Assembly (NCBI GenBank): GCA_016204465.1
Contig: JACQKQ010000036.1
Location: 1-48,387 of the forward strand
DNA length: 48,387 nucleotides
Direction: 5' to 3'
Source: Candidatus Levyibacteriota bacterium
GTDB taxonomy: Bacteria; Patescibacteriota; Microgenomatia; Levybacterales; UBA12049
Part shown: piece by piece, positions 17,678-26,086 of the stretch
How the letters are laid out: the number at the start of each line of letters is the position of its first letter
Numbering within the stretch: the stretch's first letter is position 1
Notes under the pieces: model-generated
Database searches by the model: none
Seen by the model: the letters and a program-made list of their open reading frames with translations, nothing else
Told to the model about the DNA's origin: nothing
Made by a program: the position numbers and the translations under genes

Positions 17678-18622
17678 TCAATCTCCTCGAGTAAATTTAC
17701 TCATAAACCTATTTTTTCCTCTATCAATGACAATGTGATCGAATAGAAGTTGACTTGCAAAATAAATAGCGCGTTCAACATCCGGAGAAACTGCTCGTAA
17801 ATCACTTAGCGCGGCGTTTGCTACTGACGTTAAAAAATGTGTAGAGTAAGGAGCAGTATTTGCTAATAATCCAAAGAGATTAGTTCCATCAGGAGAATTT
17901 TGTGCTGCGTTAAAGAAATTTTCAAATTCCCCATGATCATGTAAAGTCGCATGTACTAAGTTCCCGTCTGTAATTTTGTCATCAAGAACATCCTGCAAGT
18001 CATCAGGGAGTTGAAGCGCTACAATGCCAATCGCTTCAAATCCATCTTCTACTCGAGTTCGTACACTTTGATTTGTACTAGCTAAAATATTCCCCATAGC
18101 AGCTACTTTTCGCATCAGTAACAAACTTGAATCCTTTCTGTAGGCGAATGCGTCAGCAAAAGATGCAGTCTCTGTCCATCCATGTTGTCTTTCAAAAGCA
18201 GCATATGAGCGCCTTCTCAAATCAGCAAGTTCATAAAGAACCTCTCTTTTTTGCTCTGGACTAATTCGAAAGTCTGAAACAGCTTTTACCAAACGACTTT
18301 GCGATGGGCCAATTGCTTGTTTTGTTTCGCTCCAATTAGGAAAACTATTTGCGTTATCAATCAAATCATCAAAAAATCGTGCATATTCCCATAAATAGGA
18401 AATAGCTGGATATGCGTAGGCCGGGATAGACTTATCGGACAATTTACCAAAAAGCGGTACGAGAAGAGAGCCAACCATATACCATCTTACTCCTTTTTTT
18501 GCCAGTGCTTCTCTTGACTGAATATGTAACGATCCTACTTCACCAACATATCGTAGGAAGGAAATTCCTGTGCTAAATTTTCCGTCGGGATTGAATAAGC
18601 CTATTCTTTCGCCTTTTTTCAT
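17678..18622 (-). CDS. Isoprenoid-synthase-fold protein (polyprenyl synthase / class I terpene synthase-like)
   Basis: Two Asp-rich motifs, FFDDLID and LQLPDDLQD; all-alpha character. Confidence 0.6.
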   Translation of the reverse strand: MKKGERIGLFNPDGKFSTGISFLRYVGEVGSLHIQSREALAKKGVRWYMVGSLLVPLFGKLSDKSIPAYAYPAISYLWEYARFFDDLIDNANSFPNWSETKQAIGPSQSRLVKAVSDFRISPEQKREVLYELADLRRRSYAAFERQHGWTETASFADAFAYRKDSSLLLMRKVAAMGNILASTNQSVRTRVEDGFEAIGIVALQLPDDLQDVLDDKITDGNLVHATLHDHGEFENFFNAAQNSPDGTNLFGLLANTAPYSTHFLTSVANAALSDLRAVSPDVERAIYFASQLLFDHIVIDRGKNRFMSKFTRGD

Positions 18623-18678
18623 AGAATGAATTTTAGCACAAATGGCGGGTATCTTCTTATTCTGATAGAATAAACCTT

Positions 18679-19692
18679 ATGAATCGGAAAACGAAGATTA
18701 TTTGTACTATTGGACCGGCATGTGAGTCGGAAGACATGCTTGATCAACTAATATCAGTCGGCATGGATATTGCGAGGTTTAATTTTTCGCACGCTTCGTA
18801 TGATGGTTTTGTTAAGACGCATGACCTTATCAAGATGCTAGGTCAGAAGTATAAGAAAAACATTGAGATTCTTGTTGATTTGCAGGGCCCGCGAATTCGC
18901 GTTGGGCAAATGCCAAAGGAAGGCCAAGAGCTTAAAGAAGGTACAACGGTAGTATTTACATCAGATAAAGAAAACAAAAGCGCAATCTATATTGATGATC
19001 CATACATTTCGCAAAACATTCAAATAGGCCATCCCATTTATTTATCAAACGGTGAAATCGAGCTAATGGTTATACGTAAAAAAAATGAAGAAATTGAGGC
19101 AAAAGTCATAAGAGGCGGCATCCTCTATTCGAGAAAAGCAGTGAACGTGCCGGAAACCGTACTCACAACAACAGGACTTACACAAAAAGATGTCAAAGAT
19201 ATATGGTTTGTGCTTCCGTTTGGCATTGACTACATTGGCCAATCATTTATTAAAAATGCGCACGATATTTTTAAGCTTAGGCAACTTTTGGGCAACGCGA
19301 AGGCAAAAATCATTGCAAAAATCGAGACAAAACAGTCGGTACACAATATTGACTGGATTGTCCAAGTTGCTGATTTAATAATGATTGCCAGAGGCGATTT
19401 AGGCATTGAACTGCCGCTTGAAGATTTGCCGCTTATTCAAAAGGATATTATTAACAGGGCAAATATAGAAGGAAAACCTGCTATTGTAGCTACGCAAATG
19501 CTGTCAAGCATGGTAAATCACCACAGACCAACAAGAGCAGAAATTTCAGATGTAGCAAACGCAGTGTTAGACGGCGCTTGGGGAGTTATGCTATCGGAAG
19601 AAACTGCGTTTGGAAAATATCCCGTAGAGGCCGTATGTTACCTGCATAAAACAATTTCAAAAATAGAAGAATTTCAGGCTCGTATTACTTAA
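18679..19692 (+). CDS. pyk: Pyruvate kinase (A+B domains only)
   Basis: KIICTIGPA, RFNFSH, DLQGPRIR, IARGDLGIE, ATQML, RAEISDVANAV. Confidence 0.95.
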   Translation: MNRKTKIICTIGPACESEDMLDQLISVGMDIARFNFSHASYDGFVKTHDLIKMLGQKYKKNIEILVDLQGPRIRVGQMPKEGQELKEGTTVVFTSDKENKSAIYIDDPYISQNIQIGHPIYLSNGEIELMVIRKKNEEIEAKVIRGGILYSRKAVNVPETVLTTTGLTQKDVKDIWFVLPFGIDYIGQSFIKNAHDIFKLRQLLGNAKAKIIAKIETKQSVHNIDWIVQVADLIMIARGDLGIELPLEDLPLIQKDIINRANIEGKPAIVATQMLSSMVNHHRPTRAEISDVANAVLDGAWGVMLSEETAFGKYPVEAVCYLHKTISKIEEFQARIT

Positions 19693-20365
19693 TATCTGTA
19701 AAGTACAGTACCTTTGCATCCTGCTGTAGCTTTGCGATGAATGTTTGAAATTTTTCTTGGATTTTTTGCTGTTTTAACTGCTCTTTAATACGCTTCTTAT
19801 CTTCTTCAGACCCGTTTTGATTTGCCGCATCGGGATTTTGCGCAAGATAGTCTTCAACTTCTTTATCGGTCACTTCAGCGTCCTTTCCTATCATTTTTTC
19901 AACTAGTTTTTGTGTACGGATTTGATCTTGAAGATCTTTTCTTGTCATAGCTTGAGCAGAAAGCGCGTCGTCAAGTTTTTGCCCTTGCGTATTTAATTGA
20001 TCCTCAATTTTTTTGATCTCTGCACTAATTTCGTCATCTCTTACAGAAACGTTTTGCTTTTTTGCCTCCTGCAAAATAAGTGTCTTTGTTACCAGCTGAT
20101 TTAAAATTTGCGCTCCTGCAGCTTTTTCTAATTCTTTGGTGAATGATATTCTGTCAATAGGCTTGCCGTTAACTATTGCTACAATAAAGAGTCCTCGGAA
20201 ATAGTATAACAATCCGGCAATTACGATGATTGCCAAGGGAATTATGATAATTTTATTTCGAATAGCTTTAGCTGTCCAATTTTCCTTAATTTCTGAATAT
20301 ATATGAGTCTCAGACTTTTTATTTTTTATTTGCGATTTTGTTACTGCTTTTTTATTTACTGGCAT
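19685..20365 (-). CDS. SurA N-terminal-domain / PrsA-like chaperone without PPIase domain
   Basis: TM anchor then VAIVNGKPI; LILQEAKKQNVSV; no rotamase domain. Confidence 0.8.
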   Translation of the reverse strand: MPVNKKAVTKSQIKNKKSETHIYSEIKENWTAKAIRNKIIIIPLAIIVIAGLLYYFRGLFIVAIVNGKPIDRISFTKELEKAAGAQILNQLVTKTLILQEAKKQNVSVRDDEISAEIKKIEDQLNTQGQKLDDALSAQAMTRKDLQDQIRTQKLVEKMIGKDAEVTDKEVEDYLAQNPDAANQNGSEEDKKRIKEQLKQQKIQEKFQTFIAKLQQDAKVLYFTDIK

Positions 20366-20425
20366 TGTCGCAGTATATCATACTACAGGAGAAAAACAAG
20401 ATATCATTGAAAAAAGGAAGAAAGG

Positions 20426-21583
20426 TTAAGAAATATCGGCTTTTTGTCCATCTGGTAGCGAAGGTTCTGATTCAAGACCTTTAATCTGTGCAAGGCCGCT
20501 GCCGATTATTCCCTTCAAATCACCATGCATGCCATAGGTATTGTCAATAACTTGGCGAATGTTTTTTTCGTCCCTTGCCCATTTGTTGGTAAAGTAGCGT
20601 TTCTCCTTTTCAATCTCTTGTTGCATATTGGAAAACGCATCCACAATTGCTTCAACTCTATGTTTAAACTCCGTGCCGGAAAGGTACGAATAGAGAATCT
20701 CCATTTTTTCTTTTTTTCCTTCTGCCGCTCGTTTTGCCATAGTTACCTGAATCAAATTTAATCGCAGTGAACATGCTAAAGCTATCATAAAGTTTTGCTT
20801 CGTTACCCAAATCTGTTTGTAAAACTTAGCGCTGTCAATTCCCTGCGGAACAACTTCTGAAATAATTACCGCATATTCAGCTGTTATTGCCCTCTGATCT
20901 ATTTTTAGTTTATTAATCCACTGTTCATTCCACGCTTTCGTATTTTTTAGCTCCCATAAGATTTTACCGCAATAATTACCATTCCTATCCCATACTTCTT
21001 GAATAATGTCGCCGCCTTTTACGCCTTTTCCAACCGGAACAATTTTATCGTTAGAAAACTCTTTTTGCAAAATAGTCTCGAATGCCAACTCAAACGCCTC
21101 GCCCTGCAGTTGCTGCGAACCTTGTGTCAGCTTTCGGTGCAAATCTTCGTTTGCCTTAAGCGCATCCTGCAGCTGTTTTTCTTTCTCGGCAAGCTTTAAT
21201 GCTTGGGCTTCCTCCGCTTTTTTTGCGGCATCGGCTCTAATTTTTTCTTCTTCCTCCGAAAGCTTTTTTTCCATCTCAAGCTTTGCTTCGTCTCTTTCTC
21301 GCTTTGACTGTCGAACACTTTTGGTAAGCTCTGTTATCTGTTCTATAAGGTCATTAATACGCTCGTCTTTTTCTTTCGCGTCTTCCTGCGCATTTTTAAG
21401 TTGGAGACTAAACTGTTCCTGAAGTTTTTTGGCGGATTTTTCTAATGCTTCTTTTTTTACAGTTTCCAATTCTTTTGCGAAACGCTCTTTTTGCCGAAGT
21501 ATTACGTCTTGCTCAATTTGCTTTGTTAATGCAAGGCTTATCTCTACGTCTTTACCGCAATTTGGACAGACAACAGTATTCAT
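20426..21583 (-). CDS. DUF2130-like protein (coiled coil plus nuclease-like domain)
   Basis: CPNCG, coiled coil, GSQQLQGEAFE, GDIIQ..ILWELK..KLKIDQR. Confidence 0.8.
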   Translation of the reverse strand: MNTVVCPNCGKDVEISLALTKQIEQDVILRQKERFAKELETVKKEALEKSAKKLQEQFSLQLKNAQEDAKEKDERINDLIEQITELTKSVRQSKRERDEAKLEMEKKLSEEEEKIRADAAKKAEEAQALKLAEKEKQLQDALKANEDLHRKLTQGSQQLQGEAFELAFETILQKEFSNDKIVPVGKGVKGGDIIQEVWDRNGNYCGKILWELKNTKAWNEQWINKLKIDQRAITAEYAVIISEVVPQGIDSAKFYKQIWVTKQNFMIALACSLRLNLIQVTMAKRAAEGKKEKMEILYSYLSGTEFKHRVEAIVDAFSNMQQEIEKEKRYFTNKWARDEKNIRQVIDNTYGMHGDLKGIIGSGLAQIKGLESEPSLPDGQKADIS

Positions 21584-21671
21584 TTTTTAGACGAGCAATG
21601 CGCAACTTATCATAGTGCGATTCCAAACAATTTGCAACAATGAAAGTTATTTATCACAGCAAGACTACGTA

Positions 21672-21718
21672 GTAGCCGTGGCGATCTCACGAGATTGTTT
21701 CGCTACGCTCGCAATGAC
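21672..21718. repeat. REP-like element
   Basis: Reverse complement GTCATTGCGAGCGTAGCGAAACAATCTC-GTGAGATCGCCACGGCTAC, with the GTCATTGCGAG...CAATCT architecture typical of RAYT-associated REPs. Confidence 0.7.
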
Positions 21719-21803
21719 AAAACTGTGTCAGAAGTGTGAACTGTTACAAAAAGGTAATTTTCGTTGACACATGCTTACCGCTCTGATAGCATGGAGAAGC
21801 TCT

Positions 21804-22208
21804 ATGAAAGGCTTGCTGCGCAGAACGCTCTTTAATGCCTTTGCACTCTTTGCATTGTCAATCCTCTTAGGAGGCGTTACGATTCACGGCGGATTGCAAA
21901 CGCTTTTGTTTGGCGGCCTTATCTTAACATTTTTAACGATATTTCTTGAACCAATCCTCAATCTCCTAAGCCTTCCTGTAACCTTTGTCACTATGGGGCT
22001 TTTTTCGTTAATTACTCATGCAATACTCTTTTATGTCCTCACCGTGCTTATGCCGCAAATTGAAGTTCGCGCTTTTGTCTTTCCGGGCACGACATTAGGC
22101 GGATTTGTCATCCCTCGCATGATGCTAAATACTTTTTTTGCTTATATACTTGCAGCCAGTCTTCATTCTGTTATAATCTCAACACTCAACTGGTTGCTTA
22201 GGGATTAA
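21804..22208 (+). CDS. YvlD-like 4TM 'phage holin' family membrane protein
   Basis: LEPILNLLSLPVTFVTMGLFSLI signature; upstream of yvcK. Confidence 0.8.
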   Translation: MKGLLRRTLFNAFALFALSILLGGVTIHGGLQTLLFGGLILTFLTIFLEPILNLLSLPVTFVTMGLFSLITHAILFYVLTVLMPQIEVRAFVFPGTTLGGFVIPRMMLNTFFAYILAASLHSVIISTLNWLLRD

Positions 22209-22211
22209 GGC

Positions 22212-23171
22212 ATGAATAAGCAAAATCAACAAATTGTCTGTCTTGGCGGAGGTATTGGCACGGTAAACCTTATCAAAGGACTTAGAGCATATACAAAAAA
22301 TATCACAGTTGTTGTTTCTATGGCCGATGACGGCGGATCGGCAGGAAGGCTCCGCAGATACTACCGCATACCGCCTCCTGGCGATTTGGTAAGCTGTATT
22401 GCGGCAATGTCCAATGCAGACGAGCTTCTTAAACAACTACTTACGTTTCGTTTCTCAGGAGATCGCTACGGCGAGGATCATTCTTTGCCTGGGCAAAAAT
22501 TTGGCAACCTCATGTTGGTTGCTCTAGCGTCAATAACAGGCGACTTTGGCAAAGCAGTTGCTGAAATGGAGCGAATTTTTAAAACAAGCGGTCGTATTCT
22601 CCCCTCCACAACGGAAAACATAAGTATTTGGGCAGAAACGTCTGTTGGAGAGGTTGTGGAACGAGAAGAAAACATTGACCTTGGGAGATTTACCGGTACT
22701 ATCGAAACGCTGCATCTTAAACCAGAAAATCCTTCAACGTCAAAAGAAGTAATCAGCGCCATTGAACATGCAGACGTTATTATTGCCGGGCCGGGCGACT
22801 TCTACACGACAATTCTCCCCGTGCTGCTTGTTCCCGATATTCTTGATGCAATACAAAAGTCAAAAGCAAAGAAACTTTTTGTCGTGAATGTTGCAAATAA
22901 AATTTTTGAAACGCCAAAGTACGAAATTAACGATTTTGTCAGCGCCATAGAAAAACATTGCGGGTCGCACGTTTTTGACTTATTTTTAGTCAACAATAAC
23001 ACATCTGCGAAAATTCCTTCAGAATTTACCCGTCAATACGAATTTGTACTGTCGGATGGGATTGAGAAAAACGGGTTATACACAATAATTGCAAAAGACC
23101 TTATTAATCAATCATTTCCCCTTTACCACGATTCGCAAAAACTTGCAAAAGCAGTGTACGAAACTCTATAA
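22212..23171 (+). CDS. yvcK: YvcK/CofD-family protein (UDP-GlcNAc-binding gluconeogenesis factor)
   Basis: LGGGIG, MADDGGSAGRLR, PPGD, GPGDFYTT. Confidence 0.92.
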   Translation: MNKQNQQIVCLGGGIGTVNLIKGLRAYTKNITVVVSMADDGGSAGRLRRYYRIPPPGDLVSCIAAMSNADELLKQLLTFRFSGDRYGEDHSLPGQKFGNLMLVALASITGDFGKAVAEMERIFKTSGRILPSTTENISIWAETSVGEVVEREENIDLGRFTGTIETLHLKPENPSTSKEVISAIEHADVIIAGPGDFYTTILPVLLVPDILDAIQKSKAKKLFVVNVANKIFETPKYEINDFVSAIEKHCGSHVFDLFLVNNNTSAKIPSEFTRQYEFVLSDGIEKNGLYTIIAKDLINQSFPLYHDSQKLAKAVYETL

Positions 23172-23180
23172 TATGTAGGC

Positions 23181-23393
23181 ATGATTATAACCTTCTTGCA
23201 AATTATCGTTTCGGTTTTGCTTATTATTGTAATACTCCTGCAAATGCAGGGAAGCGGATTATCAACGGCATTTGGAGGCGGAGGAGAGTTCTACCGAAGC
23301 CGCCGAAGTCTTGAACGTATATTGGTATTTGTAACTATTGTTTTGAGCATATTATTTGCGGTTTTATCAATCATTCTTCTTATTCCACGATAA
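23181..23393 (+). CDS. secG: Preprotein translocase subunit SecG
   Basis: Two TM; LQMQGSGLSTAFGGG..RSRRSLER. Confidence 0.92.
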   Translation: MIITFLQIIVSVLLIIVILLQMQGSGLSTAFGGGGEFYRSRRSLERILVFVTIVLSILFAVLSIILLIPR

Positions 23394-23403
23394 GTTTTGG
23401 GTT

Positions 23404-24765
23404 ATGATTATTTTTCGAAGAAGACTTTTGTACTGGCTTATTAAAGCGTATATCAAAAAATGGGGTAAAACCATCTTTCTTTTTTTTCTTTTTGGACTGT
23501 TTCTTTTTTTTGGATTGCGATACTCGTACGGAACTATCCTGCCTTTGTTGCCTATAGAACAGAGGGTAACAATTGGTATTGTGGGAGCATACAGGCTCGA
23601 TTCGCTACCTGACGATCTTTTATCCTACATTGCTTTGGGATTAACATCACTTGACGCCAACGGAACAGTAAAACCTGGGATTGCCCACTCTTGGAAAATA
23701 CAAGACAAAGGAAAAAAATATGTTTTTTCTTTACGCAAAGATTTGTATTTTAGTGATGGAGACAAAGTAACGGCGCAGACTATTTCTTATAATTTCGCCG
23801 ATACTAAAAAGACAAATAAAGATCCCTATACTATTGTTTTTGAAATAAAGGAAACTTACAACCCATTTCTTGTTCGTTTGTCGCAGCCGATTGTACGCCA
23901 AAATCTAACGGGCGTTGGGGAATATAGGGTAAAAAGATTCAAATTAAATGGAGAATACGTTGAGCATATTACCCTTGTTTCGACCATTGATCCCCGAAAA
24001 GTGCGCTCCTACCAGTTTTACAGTAATGAAGACGCGCTAAAAACAGCTTATGCACTTGGAGAGATAAGAAATGCTATTGGTCTCTCAAGCATAACATTTA
24101 ATAATAAATCATTCGACTTATTTGCCAATACTACCGTTCAAAAAGAAGTCAATACACGAAGACTTATAACAATGTTTTATAACACACAAGACGCAATGCT
24201 TTCAAGCCGAGAATTGCGAAGCGCTTTAACTTACGCCCTGCCAGATAAATTTGAACAAGGAGAGAGAAACCGGTTACCATATCCATCATCCTTATGGGCA
24301 GTTGCGCCGCAACACTCGTATGCGCAAGATATAGAATCGTCAAAAATACTTCTAAAGACAAGTGGTGTTGCTACGCAGTCAGGAGAATTAGTTTTTACCA
24401 TTAAAACCTTAGCAAAATATGAAAAAACTGCAAAGATAATTCAAGAAACATGGCAATCACTTGACATCGCAGCAAAAATAGAGGTTGTTGACAAAGTTCC
24501 TAATGATTTCCAAATTTTTTTAGGTGATTTTTTAGTGCCGCAAGATCCAGATCAGTACTCGCTTTGGCACTCTGATCAACCCAACAATATTGCTAGATAT
24601 CGCAATCAACGAATAGATAAACTGCTTGAAGACGGAAGACAAATGGAAAATCCAAGTATTGCACAACGTAAGAAAATTTACGCCGATTTCCAAAAATATC
24701 TCTTAGCCGACGCCCCCGCAGCATTTCTCTATTTTCCATATGAGTACACATTGACTAGAAAATAG
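23404..24765 (+). CDS. Membrane-anchored ABC substrate-binding protein (family 5, OppA-like)
   Basis: YVFSLRKDLYFSDG, TGVGEY, DPDQYSLWHS, NQRIDKLLEDGR; no permease or ATPase genes adjacent. Confidence 0.85.
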   Translation: MIIFRRRLLYWLIKAYIKKWGKTIFLFFLFGLFLFFGLRYSYGTILPLLPIEQRVTIGIVGAYRLDSLPDDLLSYIALGLTSLDANGTVKPGIAHSWKIQDKGKKYVFSLRKDLYFSDGDKVTAQTISYNFADTKKTNKDPYTIVFEIKETYNPFLVRLSQPIVRQNLTGVGEYRVKRFKLNGEYVEHITLVSTIDPRKVRSYQFYSNEDALKTAYALGEIRNAIGLSSITFNNKSFDLFANTTVQKEVNTRRLITMFYNTQDAMLSSRELRSALTYALPDKFEQGERNRLPYPSSLWAVAPQHSYAQDIESSKILLKTSGVATQSGELVFTIKTLAKYEKTAKIIQETWQSLDIAAKIEVVDKVPNDFQIFLGDFLVPQDPDQYSLWHSDQPNNIARYRNQRIDKLLEDGRQMENPSIAQRKKIYADFQKYLLADAPAAFLYFPYEYTLTRK

Positions 24766-24771
24766 ATTTTA

Positions 24772-24792
24772 GCTTCGCAAGGCGAGGCCTTG
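24772..24792. repeat. Short REP-like hairpin between convergent genes
   Basis: CAAGGC-GAG-GCCTTG; its first 12 nt are the reverse complement of 6907..6918. Confidence 0.45.
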
Positions 24793-24802
24793 GAACTCAT
24801 TA

Positions 24803-26086
24803 TCACCCTAAAAGAAAGGTTTTTGAGCGGAGGTTTTTGTGGTAATTTGTGGCAAAGCGGTGTGCTTCATTTCGGATGCGTTGAACAAGATGCAATGCAG
24901 GTTCTGACTTTAGTAACCGAACTTCTTTAAGATCTGGCGTCACAATAATCTCCTCTCGTTTGGCCAAACCGACATACAGAATTTTTTTGCCACTCTTACC
25001 GATTGCCTTTGCAGCAGCTCCAACTTGCGCTTTTCCGCCGTCAACAATAATCAAATCCGGCATTGGCCATTCTGTATGTTTTAACCTTCGAAAAATAATA
25101 TGCTGCATCATCAAAACGTCATTTGGTCCTTTTATTATTCTGATCTTAAACTTTCTGTACCACTTGCTGTCCTTTTCGCCGTTTGTGAACACGACGAGCG
25201 ACCCAACAGGATTTGATCCCTGAATATTTGCAATATCGTAGCATTCTATTCTTTGTAGTGTTTGAGCAGGAACGCCAGCACTCCTTAAAATCTTCACCAG
25301 CGAACGTAGTTCTTGTTCACGTTTGTCCGAAACAAGATTGGGGTTTACTTCGTACTCAAACGGAAGTGTTACCGGCTGGGTAACAAGTTCTATTGCGTTG
25401 AGCGCATTTTGAATTTTTGCGGAATTTTCAAAATCTTCTTTTTTGCTATACTCGTTACGCTCTTTTTCCAAATCTTTCTTTACTTTTGCAACTTTCCCGT
25501 CCAGAAACTGCGTAATTTTATAAATATTTTTCCGATATTCTCTTTTTTCCTTTTCTGAACCGTTAACGTTTGCGCACGGACAGAGGCCTAAGTGATGATA
25601 AAGACAATACGCTTTCGGATGATTAAACGTTGAATGAAACGGAAAGATTCGACGCAAGCTCCGAAGGACTAACCGCATTGCCGATATGTTTGGATATGGT
25701 CCAAAATACGTGCTTTTGGCGTCATCGGTTCGCCGTGCGGTAAGTACTGCCGGATATGCTTGTTTAACCGTTATACGAATAAAAGGGTAAGATTTACCGT
25801 CTGTCCAACGCACATTGTATGGTGGAATATGTTTTTTAATTATCTTTGCCTCTAAAAGGAGCGCTTCGATTTCTGATTCGACAATTGTGTGTTCAATGCG
25901 TGCAATCTTTGTGATTAGTTTTTTTGTTTTTACTCCAAAGACTTTGATGTTTTGAAAGTATGAGGCGACTCTAGCTTTAAGGTTTTTTGCCTTGCCCACG
26001 TACAGAAGCTTGCCCTTCTTGTCGTAAAATTGGTATACGCCGGGTTTTTCTGGCAATGATTGATAATATTGTGATTGTTGTTCCAA
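24803..26086 (-). CDS. uvrC: Excinuclease ABC subunit C (short form)
   Basis: GIY-YIG (PGVYQF..LYVGKAKNL), Cys cluster, UVR domain, RNase H-like IECYDIAN and DGGKAQ; ends at HRFA with no HhH2. Confidence 0.93.
   Translation of the reverse strand: MEQQSQYYQSLPEKPGVYQFYDKKGKLLYVGKAKNLKARVASYFQNIKVFGVKTKKLITKIARIEHTIVESEIEALLLEAKIIKKHIPPYNVRWTDGKSYPFIRITVKQAYPAVLTARRTDDAKSTYFGPYPNISAMRLVLRSLRRIFPFHSTFNHPKAYCLYHHLGLCPCANVNGSEKEKREYRKNIYKITQFLDGKVAKVKKDLEKERNEYSKKEDFENSAKIQNALNAIELVTQPVTLPFEYEVNPNLVSDKREQELRSLVKILRSAGVPAQTLQRIECYDIANIQGSNPVGSLVVFTNGEKDSKWYRKFKIRIIKGPNDVLMMQHIIFRRLKHTEWPMPDLIIVDGGKAQVGAAAKAIGKSGKKILYVGLAKREEIIVTPDLKEVRLLKSEPALHLVQRIRNEAHRFATNYHKNLRSKTFLLG

Noticed and set aside
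21804-22208. Prophage suggested by a 'phage holin' gene
   Set aside because: It is the YvlD-type chromosomal family in its usual yvcK context; no capsid, terminase, endolysin or integrase genes are present.
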